NCBI GenBank assembly: GCA_963843515.1
Contig: CAWJKH010000007.1
Span: 196,017 to 260,016 of the forward strand
DNA length: 64,000 bases
Reading direction: 5' to 3'
From: an uncultured Actinomycetota bacterium
GTDB taxonomy: Bacteria > Actinomycetota > Thermoleophilia > RBG-16-64-13
Below the pieces are notes generated by a model, which was not told the origin of the DNA, searched no databases, and worked only from the letters and a program-made list of their open reading frames with translations. Made by a program: the position numbers and the translations under genes. Positions 16,586-25,861 of the stretch are shown piece after piece; position 1 is the first letter of the stretch; the number at the start of each line of letters is the position of its first letter.

Positions 16586-18166
16586 ATGGCTCAGTCGGGA
16601 CCTAGTGCGGCCGCTGGGGGCGGCCCTCAGGGAGTAGGGGGGCGGTCTCCGTCCCTGAAACAGCAGTTCGGGTCGGAGTACGAGCGGGTCACCGGTTTCG
16701 GGGAGATCGTCTACGAGCATGAGGACCGCGCAGCCCGGGTGTGGCTTGCCAGCAGCGTCTTCTGGTTTGTCGTCGTCACCTCGTTCGGGCTGATCATCGC
16801 TACCGAACTGGCCTTCCCTGAAGCTTTCAACGGGATCTCGTGGCTGGTGTTCCCAAGGGCGCGCCCGGTGCATGTACAGGGCGTGGTCTACGCATGGCTC
16901 ACCATGATGTACTGGGGAGCCATCACCTACATGACCCCCCGACTCCTCGGCACCCGCAGCCTGTGGAGCGAGAAACTGGGCGTGTGGCTGGCCTACATCT
17001 ACAACTTCGTGATAGCCGCCGGCTTCTTCGGCATCCTCACGGGAGCCTCGCAGGGACGCGAGTGGGCGGAGTTTCCCTGGCCGGTCGACGTGGCCATCAT
17101 CTGCATCTTCATCGCCCTCACGTTCAACACCCTGATGACCGTGAGCGTGCGCCGGGTGCGGCCCCTCTATGTGAGCATGTGGTGGGCCATTGCCGCCCCC
17201 ATCTGGGTGACTGCGTCCATCTTCATCGAGAATGTCGTCTGGAGCCCGGGCGCCATCTGGAGCAACCCCTCGGGCGCCCTCGAGAATGGCATCCACGACG
17301 CCATGATCAACTGGTGGGGCAACCACAACCTGTTCGGACTGTGGCTCACCCCCATCCTGGTGGCGGTGGTGTACTACTTCGTCCCCCGCATCACCAATAC
17401 GCCGCTTTACAGCCATACGCTGTCGTTGATCTCGTTCTGGGGGTTGATCTTCGTCTATGCGGCCGTGGGTGACCACCACCTACTGCAGAGTCCCACGCCG
17501 GGGTGGCTCAAGACGATAGCGTCGGTGAACAGCGTGGCCATTCTCATTCCGGTGTTCGCCTTCTTCACCAATGTGTTCCTCACCATGCGAGGGCAGTGGA
17601 ACCGCTTCTTCACGAACTTACCTTTACGATTTGTACTAACGGGATTCATCTTCTATATCTTGGTGAATCTCCAGGGAGCCTTGCAGGCGATTCAACCGTT
17701 CAACATCTATATCCACTTCACCTATTTCATCATCGGGCATTCCCATCTGGCGCTGCTCGGCGGGTTCACCATCCTGGGCATGGGGGTGCTCTACTACGTC
17801 ATCCCCCATGTGCTCAACAAGCCGGTCCACTCGACTGGGCTGGCGGAGTGGCAGTATTGGCTGGTGACCTTCGGCTTCCTGCTGTTCTTCACCGCGGTCA
17901 CGATAGGGGGCTTCGTTCAGGGCCAGGGGTGGCTGGCCGGCCTGCCCGAGGTGAACGTGCTGCCCGCCCTCAGGCTGTGGAACATCGTGCGGGCCATCGC
18001 CGGCGGGATGATCTACCTCTCCGCCTGGATCATGGCCTACAACCTCATCCGGACCTACGCGAGCGACACCAGCGCCCGACGGCGGCGCCGCGCGGCCCTG
18101 GACAACGAGTCGTCGATGGTGACCACCCGGCCCGACACCGTGACCCGGCCCGAGACCGTGGCCTGA
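16586..18166 (+). CDS. ccoN: heme-copper oxidase subunit I, C-family (cbb3-type CcoN-like)
   Basis: About 12 TM helices. WGNHNLFGLW, HFTYFIIGHSHLALLGG and WLAG motifs. GGAGGAG lies before ATG 16586. Confidence 0.8.
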   Translation: MAQSGPSAAAGGGPQGVGGRSPSLKQQFGSEYERVTGFGEIVYEHEDRAARVWLASSVFWFVVVTSFGLIIATELAFPEAFNGISWLVFPRARPVHVQGVVYAWLTMMYWGAITYMTPRLLGTRSLWSEKLGVWLAYIYNFVIAAGFFGILTGASQGREWAEFPWPVDVAIICIFIALTFNTLMTVSVRRVRPLYVSMWWAIAAPIWVTASIFIENVVWSPGAIWSNPSGALENGIHDAMINWWGNHNLFGLWLTPILVAVVYYFVPRITNTPLYSHTLSLISFWGLIFVYAAVGDHHLLQSPTPGWLKTIASVNSVAILIPVFAFFTNVFLTMRGQWNRFFTNLPLRFVLTGFIFYILVNLQGALQAIQPFNIYIHFTYFIIGHSHLALLGGFTILGMGVLYYVIPHVLNKPVHSTGLAEWQYWLVTFGFLLFFTAVTIGGFVQGQGWLAGLPEVNVLPALRLWNIVRAIAGGMIYLSAWIMAYNLIRTYASDTSARRRRRAALDNESSMVTTRPDTVTRPETVA

Positions 18167-18181
18167 GAGGGGGGAGCAGAC

Positions 18182-19627
18182 ATGGCTGACCTTGGCGATT
18201 GGCTTCCCACCTACCAGAGGGTCCCCCCTGCCTGGGCCCCTCACCCGCCCAAGCGGATGCTCATGACCCCGCTTCTCGTGTTCCTAGGCGGCATCTTCGC
18301 CTTCGCCGTCCCCACAATAGTGGCGGCATTCTTCCAGATGATGTTCTTCAGCGCCCCCATCTCCAACAACTGGACTCCGCTCACCGCCTCGGCCATCGAA
18401 GGCCGGAAGGTGTTCGTGGCCAACGGCTGCGTCTACTGCCACAGCGGCTACGTGCGGCCCCAGGACGTGCGCCAGGGCGTGATGTACCTCTACCCCCGCA
18501 TCTCCCTGCCGGGCGACTTCGTCAGCAACGACTCCAGCCCCAACGTGTTCGGCACCGCGCGCATCGGCCCGGACCTCAGCCAGGAGAGCGGTTTCCACCC
18601 CGATGACTGGGAGCGGGCGCACTTCTACGATCCCCGCTTCGTGGAGCCGATGTCGATCATGCCCGACTTCAAGTTCTTGAGCGACAAGCAGGTGGAGGAC
18701 CTTAGCGCCTACCTGCAACTAAGGTCGGGCAAGAATGGGCTGGTTCGCTATGCCGGGCAACTCTACGCGCAACGCATACAGCTGGTTGCCCAGGGGCTCG
18801 AGCCCGGGCTCCCCGGCTTTCAGGCGGCCGAAATGACCATCGACGACGCCGTGGCCGTGGGTGAGAACGCCACCCCAGCCGCAGGCGATATACACGGGCT
18901 CGAGTGGCCGGCCCCGCTCAACATCTTCCTGGTGGACCGATCGTACTGGCTGGCCGACAACCCCCTTCCGGTCACCAAGGACAACCTGCTGCGCGGCCGC
19001 CTTGTCTTCCAGGAGCGGTGCATCGGGTGCCACGGCGAGAACGGCGACGGGAAGAGCGAGGCCGCTAAGTTCCTGCGCCCCCAGCCCATCGACTTCACCA
19101 GCGCCGAAGACGCCTCCGTCGGCGACGACACCTCGCCGGGCATGCTCTACTACCGAGTGCTCCGGGGCATCGAGGGCAGTGGGATGGAAAACTTCGGGAC
19201 CCGGCTGCGGGTGGACGACATCTGGCGGGTGGTGCTCTTCCTCAAGACCATCCCTAACGGCGGCCTGGACAAGGACAAAGTGCCCACCGTCGACATGTAT
19301 ATCCAGTGGCATCCCTCGGACCTTGTGCTCAGCCTCATAGAGGAGCTCTCTCTCGACGAGAATGTGGACTTCCAGGAGGACCGCGAGCCCACCGACCCCT
19401 GGATGCTGCAGGCCCGCCGTGCGCTCGCCGGCCTCAACGATTCGGACAAGTTCGACCTACCCGGCTTCGGCGAGATCTCGCTCGCGGCGGCCCGGGACGA
19501 CATCAAGGCCATCTACGACCAACTGCTCGATCAGGCGTGGCAAGACTACTTCGCGAGAGGCGGGACACCGACCGTGCCCGCCGCGCAGCGGGATATCCCA
19601 CCTAACCTGACCCTCGACCTGCGCTAG
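18182..19627 (+). CDS. CcoO-like monoheme subunit fused to a second c-type cytochrome domain
   Basis: N-terminal TM helix. First heme site CVYCH with the PDLSQE...DPRFVEPMSIMPDF context (CcoO/FixO-like). Second heme site CIGCH with YYRVLRGIEGSGM. Confidence 0.8.
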   Translation: MADLGDWLPTYQRVPPAWAPHPPKRMLMTPLLVFLGGIFAFAVPTIVAAFFQMMFFSAPISNNWTPLTASAIEGRKVFVANGCVYCHSGYVRPQDVRQGVMYLYPRISLPGDFVSNDSSPNVFGTARIGPDLSQESGFHPDDWERAHFYDPRFVEPMSIMPDFKFLSDKQVEDLSAYLQLRSGKNGLVRYAGQLYAQRIQLVAQGLEPGLPGFQAAEMTIDDAVAVGENATPAAGDIHGLEWPAPLNIFLVDRSYWLADNPLPVTKDNLLRGRLVFQERCIGCHGENGDGKSEAAKFLRPQPIDFTSAEDASVGDDTSPGMLYYRVLRGIEGSGMENFGTRLRVDDIWRVVLFLKTIPNGGLDKDKVPTVDMYIQWHPSDLVLSLIEELSLDENVDFQEDREPTDPWMLQARRALAGLNDSDKFDLPGFGEISLAAARDDIKAIYDQLLDQAWQDYFARGGTPTVPAAQRDIPPNLTLDLR

Positions 19628-19642
19628 AAGGAGGTAGGAGAC

Positions 19643-19891
19643 ATGACCATCGGTCCGTTCGAAGCCCAACTCCTAGCGTCGTCGGTACTCGCAATCCCTG
19701 CCATCGCCATCCTTCTCTATGCCGTGTTCAAGGGCCATTTCCGCCGCCAGGAGGAGGCCAAGTACGTGGTATTCACCGCCCGCGACGCCCAGGAGGACTT
19801 CTGGGACGAAGACTGGAACGAACGCCACGGACGGGAGGCCGCACCGCCCAAGGTGCGGCCGAAGCCCCGGCTGGGGAGGCGGTCGGCATGA
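19643..19891 (+). CDS. small single-TM protein (CcoQ-like position)
   Basis: AGGAGGTAGGAG SD, one TM helix, charged tail. Its stop overlaps the next start (ATGA). Confidence 0.5.
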   Translation: MTIGPFEAQLLASSVLAIPAIAILLYAVFKGHFRRQEEAKYVVFTARDAQEDFWDEDWNERHGREAAPPKVRPKPRLGRRSA

Positions 19892-20385
19892 GCAAATTCA
19901 CCCTCCGCAGACCCCGCGGGATCGTCCGCTTCTATCTTGCCGGGGTGGTCCTCTACCTGGTCCTCGGGGCCATCCTGGCCGTCCCCGCCGCCGCCACGGA
20001 GAACACCTTCAACCCCATAGTCCCCGTCCCCGTCTCGGTCAGCGGCGTGCCCACGGGCTCCGACGACGCCTCGGTGCAGGCCTACTACGACTATCTCAAC
20101 CTGGTGCACGCCAACTCCCTCAAAGAGACCTACCACTTCAGCTGGGGGAACTTCTTCATCACCTACGCGTTGATCGCGGCCGTGCTCATCGCCCTGTACT
20201 TCTTCGCATTCGCCTGGTATGCGAGAAGGCGCGCCGGCGATCTGTATCCGGTAGAGGTGTACAACGGCTTCATCACCGAGCGCGGGGGCCCGGTGGATGC
20301 CTTCAACTACGCCGCTTGGGCCATCCTCGGCATCTACATGGTCTGGTACCTCGTGATCCAGTTGATTTACGGGCAGATCTACTAG
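19888..20385 (+). CDS. hypothetical 3-TM membrane protein
   Basis: Start is translationally coupled to the upstream gene. Three hydrophobic helices. No family recognised. Confidence 0.5.
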   Translation: MSKFTLRRPRGIVRFYLAGVVLYLVLGAILAVPAAATENTFNPIVPVPVSVSGVPTGSDDASVQAYYDYLNLVHANSLKETYHFSWGNFFITYALIAAVLIALYFFAFAWYARRRAGDLYPVEVYNGFITERGGPVDAFNYAAWAILGIYMVWYLVIQLIYGQIY

Positions 20386-20441
20386 CCGCGGGACTGCGAC
20401 GCGACGTCATCGGCGGAGCGAGAGAGCAAAGGAAGGCGACG

Positions 20442-20828
20442 ATGGAAGAGCTGAAAGATCCCCGCATGAAGGAGCATATGCAGCGGCTCATCGACGAGGG
20501 TCTGGGAGGCACCAGATACAAGGAGCACGAGGTAGCCCCCTATGCGCTCATGGTGCAGGCCGAGATGCCGCTCGAGCTCTGGAGCGGGGTCTTCTACGCC
20601 TGGCTCTCCATGAAGGGACATCTCCAGGGCATGCACGGGTTCGAGCGCACCCAGATGTTCGCCGCTCAGGAGGGAGACACCGTCATCGCCACGTTCGTGA
20701 TCGTGTGGGACAGGGCCGAGACCCTCTATCAGTGGCTGGACACAGGGTTCCCAGTGACCGATATGCTTGACGCCATGGGTGTCCCCGAGGACAAGATCGA
20801 GCTGGAGTTGGTCCGTGACTACTCCTGA
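20442..20828 (+). CDS. hypothetical soluble protein (possibly dimeric alpha/beta-barrel, ABM-like)
   Basis: ATG 20442 lies in frame inside ORF 19719-20828 and is preceded by AAGGAAGG. The fold call is a guess. Confidence 0.45.
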   Translation: MEELKDPRMKEHMQRLIDEGLGGTRYKEHEVAPYALMVQAEMPLELWSGVFYAWLSMKGHLQGMHGFERTQMFAAQEGDTVIATFVIVWDRAETLYQWLDTGFPVTDMLDAMGVPEDKIELELVRDYS

Positions 20829-20879
20829 GCACTGCCTGGACAACGGACGCCGGACGAAGCAAGGGGAGGAGCGATCCAT

Positions 20880-21083
20880 ATGAACGAGCAAGACGATCTG
20901 CGGGAACGGAACCGCCAGGAAGAGATCGCGTTCAGCGCCAATCTTCAGCAGGACTTCGAGCGGGAGGATCAGCGCTGGTACGGCGCCGGCTCAGCGCGCG
21001 ACTGGCTCATCTTGCTGGCAATAGCCGCCTTTCAGCTAGCCTGGATGTTAGTCGTGTTCTTCGTGGAACCGGGCATCCGCTGA
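20880..21083 (+). CDS. small C-terminally anchored membrane protein (67 aa)
   Basis: GGGGAGGAG SD. Helix WLILLAIAAFQLAWMLVVFFV. Confidence 0.4.
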   Translation: MNEQDDLRERNRQEEIAFSANLQQDFEREDQRWYGAGSARDWLILLAIAAFQLAWMLVVFFVEPGIR

Positions 21084-21129
21084 GGGTGGCAGCGACACTG
21101 GCGAAGCCGCGGACTCCGAGGAAGACGCG

Positions 21130-21651
21130 ATGAAACTCGTTATCGGGACCTTGGTCGGCCTGGTGGCGTTCTTCGCCCTGGTGGGCCTGGCCGTGATGGT
21201 CGGGGCCCTTCGGTCGGCGCGGAGAGAGGGTGCGACCGGCGGAGCCGGCGCCGGGCGGACGGGAGACTCCGACGACGGCCTGCGGGCCCGCATCGCCCGC
21301 TACGTCGGCCCCGTGGACCCCAGTATGGCCCTGCTCAACCCGCCCGGACGGGTGGCCACCGAGTTCTTCACCGCCCTGTGCGGCTTTCCCGGACTGGGCT
21401 GGCTTCTCTCGGGGTGCGTGTTCACCGGCCTGATGCTGCTGTGCATAGCCCCTGCCTTCGTGTGGGGCATCATCCCCATGTACTTGGTGGTCACCGGCAA
21501 AGCGGCTTCCGGGGCCTTCTTGGCCGTGCAGTATCTTCCTGGGCTGGCCATCGGCTCGGCGGCCGCACTGGCCTACCGCGAGACCCAACTGGCGCGGAGG
21601 CGCAGGCGGAAGGCGCAGGCCCTGCCGGCCGCCGGGCGGGCGGCCGAATGA
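21130..21651 (+). CDS. hypothetical multi-TM membrane protein
   Basis: GAGGAAG SD and three or four hydrophobic helices. ATGA overlap with the next ORF. Confidence 0.5.
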   Translation: MKLVIGTLVGLVAFFALVGLAVMVGALRSARREGATGGAGAGRTGDSDDGLRARIARYVGPVDPSMALLNPPGRVATEFFTALCGFPGLGWLLSGCVFTGLMLLCIAPAFVWGIIPMYLVVTGKAASGAFLAVQYLPGLAIGSAAALAYRETQLARRRRRKAQALPAAGRAAE

Positions 21652-22178
21652 CGAATGCGACCCAGGCGCTCACCAGCGGCGATGGCCCGCCCGCGGGCGA
21701 GGCAGCGGCTCCACATCTGACCAGGAAGGCCAAGCTGGTGATCCTCGGGGCACTGGTACCCGTGGTCATCGCCGTCGCGGTGTTACCGCTTCTGCTGCTA
21801 ACGGTCCCCGATCCCCATCCGGTCAAGATCCCCGGCCTTGCCGGGGAGATCACCGGCACCTACGTGCAGCGTGGAGACGGCGTCTATAAGCTCTTCCCCT
21901 ACACGGCCCCTCTGATGTCGTTTCCCACGGACGCCCTCGTCGTCGACGAAACCCGCCCCCAGGTGGTGATCAAGTCCCGCCGACTCGACTTCCTCAGTTC
22001 CTACGGGATCACCACCTATGACGGTTCCACCGCCATCGCCGTGGAGAAGACCGTCGACGAGGGCGGGGCACTCCATCTGCAGCCGGTCGTCGCGCTGGGC
22101 CCCGGTGAGTACGTCATCGTGGCCTCCCGGGATAGCGCCGACGCCGGCAGGAACTACTTCTACTTCAGAGTGCCGTAG
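21648..22178 (+). CDS. hypothetical membrane-anchored beta-rich protein
   Basis: ATG 21648 is in frame in ORF 21378-22178. One TM helix followed by a ~120-aa beta-rich domain. Confidence 0.5.
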   Translation: MTNATQALTSGDGPPAGEAAAPHLTRKAKLVILGALVPVVIAVAVLPLLLLTVPDPHPVKIPGLAGEITGTYVQRGDGVYKLFPYTAPLMSFPTDALVVDETRPQVVIKSRRLDFLSSYGITTYDGSTAIAVEKTVDEGGALHLQPVVALGPGEYVIVASRDSADAGRNYFYFRVP

Positions 22179-22201
22179 GACCTGTACTCGGGAGTCGCGG
22201 C

Positions 22202-24109
22202 GTGCCCAGACCCAGTCGAGCACTCCTCCTCCTCGTGGCGCTGGCCTCAGTTGCCATCGTCGCCATGCTCGGACCCGTGCCCGCGGCGCTCGCTCACACC
22301 GAGCTCGCCCGCTGGGAGGTCCAGGGCGGCTCCGCGGACACGCCGCGGCGGCTGCTGCTCCGCTTCACCGAGCCGATCGACGGCAGGTTCCTGACGGTCG
22401 ACATCCTGGGCGCGAACGGGACGACGCCGGGCCCGGTGACCGTCGACCCGCAACACCGCACCGACGGCTTCGTCGACATATCCGCCCTGGCCCCGGGGAC
22501 CTACTCGGTGGCGTGGTGGACCCGAGCTGTGGACGGAGACCCATCGAACGGCAGCTTTCTCATGGGCTTGGGGACGGCAGTGGATCCCGCATCGCTTCTC
22601 CCCCCCGTAGGCGCGCGCGACCCGGCCACGCAGCCGGCCATGTTCTACGGAGACACCGCCTGGAACACCATCATCCACTGGCTCATCTACCTGGGCGCTG
22701 CTCTCCTCATCGGCGGCCTTGGGTTCGGACTACTCGTGTGGCGCCCCGCGATACTGAAGGAAGGCGACAACGCCTCCGGAGCGGCCCGGCTGGACACCCA
22801 CCTCCCCCAGACGCTGCGCCTCGTGGCCATCGCCGGCGGCTCTCTCTTCCTGTTCGCCAACCTGATGCTGTTCGTCATGCAGGTGGAGCTTATCCGCTAT
22901 GCCATCCTCCAGCCGGTCACCGCCGTTGCTCCCACGCCCCTGGCCCCTTCAGCCCTTTCCCATGAAGCGCCCTACCGATCGGCCGCCGACATCTTCCAGG
23001 GCTACAACGGCGCGGTCTGGATAGCGCGGATGGTGCTGGGGACGCTCGTGCTGGTGCTCACCTTCCGGCTCACGGTCTCGCCGACCAAGCGGCCCCGCCG
23101 CTGGATCGCTGCGCTCGCGGCCGCCCTGGTCACCGCGCTGACCGTCAGCCTCACAGCTCACGCGGCGGTTGTTCCGCAATCCCCGTTCGCTGTGGTGCTG
23201 GACTGGACCCACCTCGCCGCGATGTCCCTCTGGTTGGGAGGCCTCCTACCTCTGTTGCTCGCCCTGCGAGAGTTCCGCCGAGCGGAGGGCGCCGGCCCGG
23301 CGGACGGCGGTTCAGGCGCCGACGGCACCGAGCTGCGGCGGGCCGTGGTGCGCCGGTTCTCGACCATCGCCCTGCTGGCCGTCATCTGGCTGGCGGTGAC
23401 CGGCCTCTTTGGGGCCTACCTCCATGTAGGTGATCCTTCGCTGCTCGTGCCCACCACCTACGGCCGCGCGCTCATTGCCAAGCTCGTGCTCTTCGCCGCT
23501 CTCTTCGCCCTGGGCGCGGTGCATCGCCGGGTTTCGATACCCCGATTGGGGCGTGACTCGGAACGCGACGGGACCGAGGAGAGCGACGGACCTGGGCGCA
23601 GCGGCGCCGGACCCCAGCGGGGCAGCGGAGCTGGGCCCAGTCACAAATCCACCCTCGAACGGCTCCTCCCCGTGGAGATCGCGGTTGGGGTGAGCCTGCT
23701 GATGGCGGTAGCTCTGATGATGAGCCTGGCCACGACCGCTTCGGCTTGGTCCGCCCACGAAGCGCTGGGACTGACAAGCCACGCGAGCATGGACCAGGTA
23801 ACGGTGACCTTCAGAGCCGCCCCCGGGCGGGCGGGCGAGAATGCCGTCGCTCTGGACATCGCCGACCGGCGGTCAGGCCCACCCACAGTCGCCGAGCGGG
23901 TGACCCTCGATATCGCCGGGCAGGTGCTCGAGCTGACTCCGGTCGGGAAGCTCGTTGCCGGATCCATTCAGCGCTTCGTATGCGGCGAACTGGTGAACCT
24001 CCCGGAGGGAAAGACCACCATGACCTACACGGTGATCAGACCGTCGTACCCGGACGCGAGCGGCACCATCACCGTCGATGTGCCGCCGGCGCCGGCCCCG
24101 GGTGGCTAG
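22202..24109 (+). CDS. copper resistance CopC-CopD fusion with an extra C-terminal Ig-like domain
   Basis: Signal peptide ...ALA/HTEL (CopC His1), YSVAWWTRAVDGDPSNGSF, then ~8 TM helices (CopD) and a C-terminal beta domain. Confidence 0.85.
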   Translation: MPRPSRALLLLVALASVAIVAMLGPVPAALAHTELARWEVQGGSADTPRRLLLRFTEPIDGRFLTVDILGANGTTPGPVTVDPQHRTDGFVDISALAPGTYSVAWWTRAVDGDPSNGSFLMGLGTAVDPASLLPPVGARDPATQPAMFYGDTAWNTIIHWLIYLGAALLIGGLGFGLLVWRPAILKEGDNASGAARLDTHLPQTLRLVAIAGGSLFLFANLMLFVMQVELIRYAILQPVTAVAPTPLAPSALSHEAPYRSAADIFQGYNGAVWIARMVLGTLVLVLTFRLTVSPTKRPRRWIAALAAALVTALTVSLTAHAAVVPQSPFAVVLDWTHLAAMSLWLGGLLPLLLALREFRRAEGAGPADGGSGADGTELRRAVVRRFSTIALLAVIWLAVTGLFGAYLHVGDPSLLVPTTYGRALIAKLVLFAALFALGAVHRRVSIPRLGRDSERDGTEESDGPGRSGAGPQRGSGAGPSHKSTLERLLPVEIAVGVSLLMAVALMMSLATTASAWSAHEALGLTSHASMDQVTVTFRAAPGRAGENAVALDIADRRSGPPTVAERVTLDIAGQVLELTPVGKLVAGSIQRFVCGELVNLPEGKTTMTYTVIRPSYPDASGTITVDVPPAPAPGG

Positions 24110-24146
24110 GGGCCGTGGGCTCAGGGCCGGGCTGAGTCACGGCCCC
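24109..24146. terminator. GC-rich compound hairpin in a convergent gap (possible bidirectional terminator)
   Basis: GGGGCCGTG-N20-CACGGCCCC with an inner CTCAG/CTGAG stem. No clear U-tract. Confidence 0.35.
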
Positions 24147-24166
24147 GGGCCGGCCGCGGTCCGGGC

Positions 24167-24964
24167 TCACCCTCCGCGCCTGAACTGATCGGCCAAAGCC
24201 TGCGGCAGTCCCGCGTCTTCGACCGCCCGAGCGGTCACCTCGGCGTCGTAGGAGACCCTCACGTGCTCCACTTCTATGCCCGGCGGCACCGAGCCCATCG
24301 CCTCCGCAGATGTGCCGGCGTCCGCGCGTGCGGCGACGTCCGCGGCCCCAGATGTGCCGGCGTCCGGGGCTCGCAGAACCGTGTACATCGCCCTGGCATC
24401 TCCGTCCCTGGGCCGCCCCACAGAGCCCACAGCTACGAACACCACCCCGCCGATGAGGCGATGCCACTGCTCGTGGGTGTGCCCGAAGGCCAGGACGTCA
24501 TCCGACTCGGCCTCGGCGAGGCGAAGGAAGGTCCGCTCGTCGCGGTCGCGCAGGAGATACTCGTTGATCTTGCGGGGGCTGCCGTGAACCAGGTGGACTG
24601 AAGTGGCGCCCAGCCAAAGGTGCGCTTCAGGGGACAGCCCCCGCAGATAGGCCAGCCGCTCGGGCGTGACCGTCCTCGCGGTGAAGGCATACGAAGCCTC
24701 GCCGATTCGCTTCGCCTCTTCCGTCGGATAGTAGCAGCCACACTCCCCCCGGTCCCACCCCACTCCGTCGTCGTAATTGCCGGTGAGGCTCGGGACATCC
24801 CGGTCGCGTACGAGGTCGATGACCCCATTGGGGTCGGGGCCGTACCCGACGAGGTCGCCCAGGCAGTAGGTCGTCTCGACGACACGTTGCGCCACGTCTT
24901 CCAGCACTGCCTCGAGGGCGGCCCTGTTCCCGTGGATGTCCGATATCAGCGCGATTGACGGCAT
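24167..24964 (-). CDS. metallophosphoesterase (YfcE/MPP family)
   Basis: ISDIHGN, GDLVGYGPD, GNYD, GHTHEQW. ATG 24964 is in frame in ORF 24167-25249. Confidence 0.85.
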   Translation of the reverse strand: MPSIALISDIHGNRAALEAVLEDVAQRVVETTYCLGDLVGYGPDPNGVIDLVRDRDVPSLTGNYDDGVGWDRGECGCYYPTEEAKRIGEASYAFTARTVTPERLAYLRGLSPEAHLWLGATSVHLVHGSPRKINEYLLRDRDERTFLRLAEAESDDVLAFGHTHEQWHRLIGGVVFVAVGSVGRPRDGDARAMYTVLRAPDAGTSGAADVAARADAGTSAEAMGSVPPGIEVEHVRVSYDAEVTARAVEDAGLPQALADQFRRGG

Positions 24965-25041
24965 GGACCTCTCCCGAGTGATGCGTCGCCGCCTCGGCCC
25001 GCGGCGCCCTGCCCGCCGCTGCGCCGGCGCCTCGACCCAGA

Positions 25042-25860
25042 CTAGGGCTTGACAGCCTGGATAGAGGCCGACAGGACGTAATCCTCCAGCTTCGTCCCAG
25101 GTTCCCAGAAACGGATGAACTCGCGGCTTTCCTCCTTGGGCCGGATGTCGATGGAGCCGAAGCCGGCATCGGCCAGCATGGCCTCGACCTCGTCCACCGT
25201 CGCGGCACCCGAGATGCAGGCGGAGAGCATCCGCATGTCCGCCAGCCACTCCGCGGGCAACTCCGCGGTGGCCACCACGTCGCTCACGGCCAGACGCCCA
25301 CCGGGCTTCAGCGTCCGGAACGCCTCCCGGAACACAGCGGGCTTGTCGGGCGACAGGTTGATCACACAGTTGGAGATGATCACGTCCACCGAGTCGTTCG
25401 CCACCGGCAGGTGTTCGATCTCGCCCAGCCGGAACTCCACGTTGCCGAAACCTGAGGTTCTGGCCAACTCTCGAGCGCGGCCGACCATCTCCGGGGTCAT
25501 GTCCACGCCGATCACCCGGCCGGTCTCACCGACGGCGCGGGCGGCCAGAAAGCAGTCGAACCCGGCCCCCGCCCCCAGATCGAGGACCACCTCGCCGGCC
25601 TTCAGCGCCGCGATCGCCTGCGGGTTACCACAGCCCAGGCCAAGATTGGCGCCCTCCGGCACCGCTGCCAGTTCCTCCAGGCTGTAGCCAAGTTCCCGGG
25701 ATATTGCGTCCTGGTCGGCGGCCGCCACCGGCGCCGCCGGGCCGCAGCAGGTGGACGACGGGTCGCATCCGCAGCCCCCGGGCGTCCCGGTTTCCGCGAA
25801 GCCCGCATAGCGCTCGCGCACCGAGTCCAAAACGGTCTGCTTGTCTCGCTGCTCTGCCAT
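25042..25860 (-). CDS. arsM: arsenite S-adenosylmethionine methyltransferase
   Basis: Cys-rich N-terminus (GGCGCDPSSTCCG), VLDLGAGAGFD, GVDMTPEM, DVIISNCVINLSPDK, LSACISGA. Confidence 0.9.
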   Translation of the reverse strand: MAEQRDKQTVLDSVRERYAGFAETGTPGGCGCDPSSTCCGPAAPVAAADQDAISRELGYSLEELAAVPEGANLGLGCGNPQAIAALKAGEVVLDLGAGAGFDCFLAARAVGETGRVIGVDMTPEMVGRARELARTSGFGNVEFRLGEIEHLPVANDSVDVIISNCVINLSPDKPAVFREAFRTLKPGGRLAVSDVVATAELPAEWLADMRMLSACISGAATVDEVEAMLADAGFGSIDIRPKEESREFIRFWEPGTKLEDYVLSASIQAVKP

Positions 25861-25861
25861 C

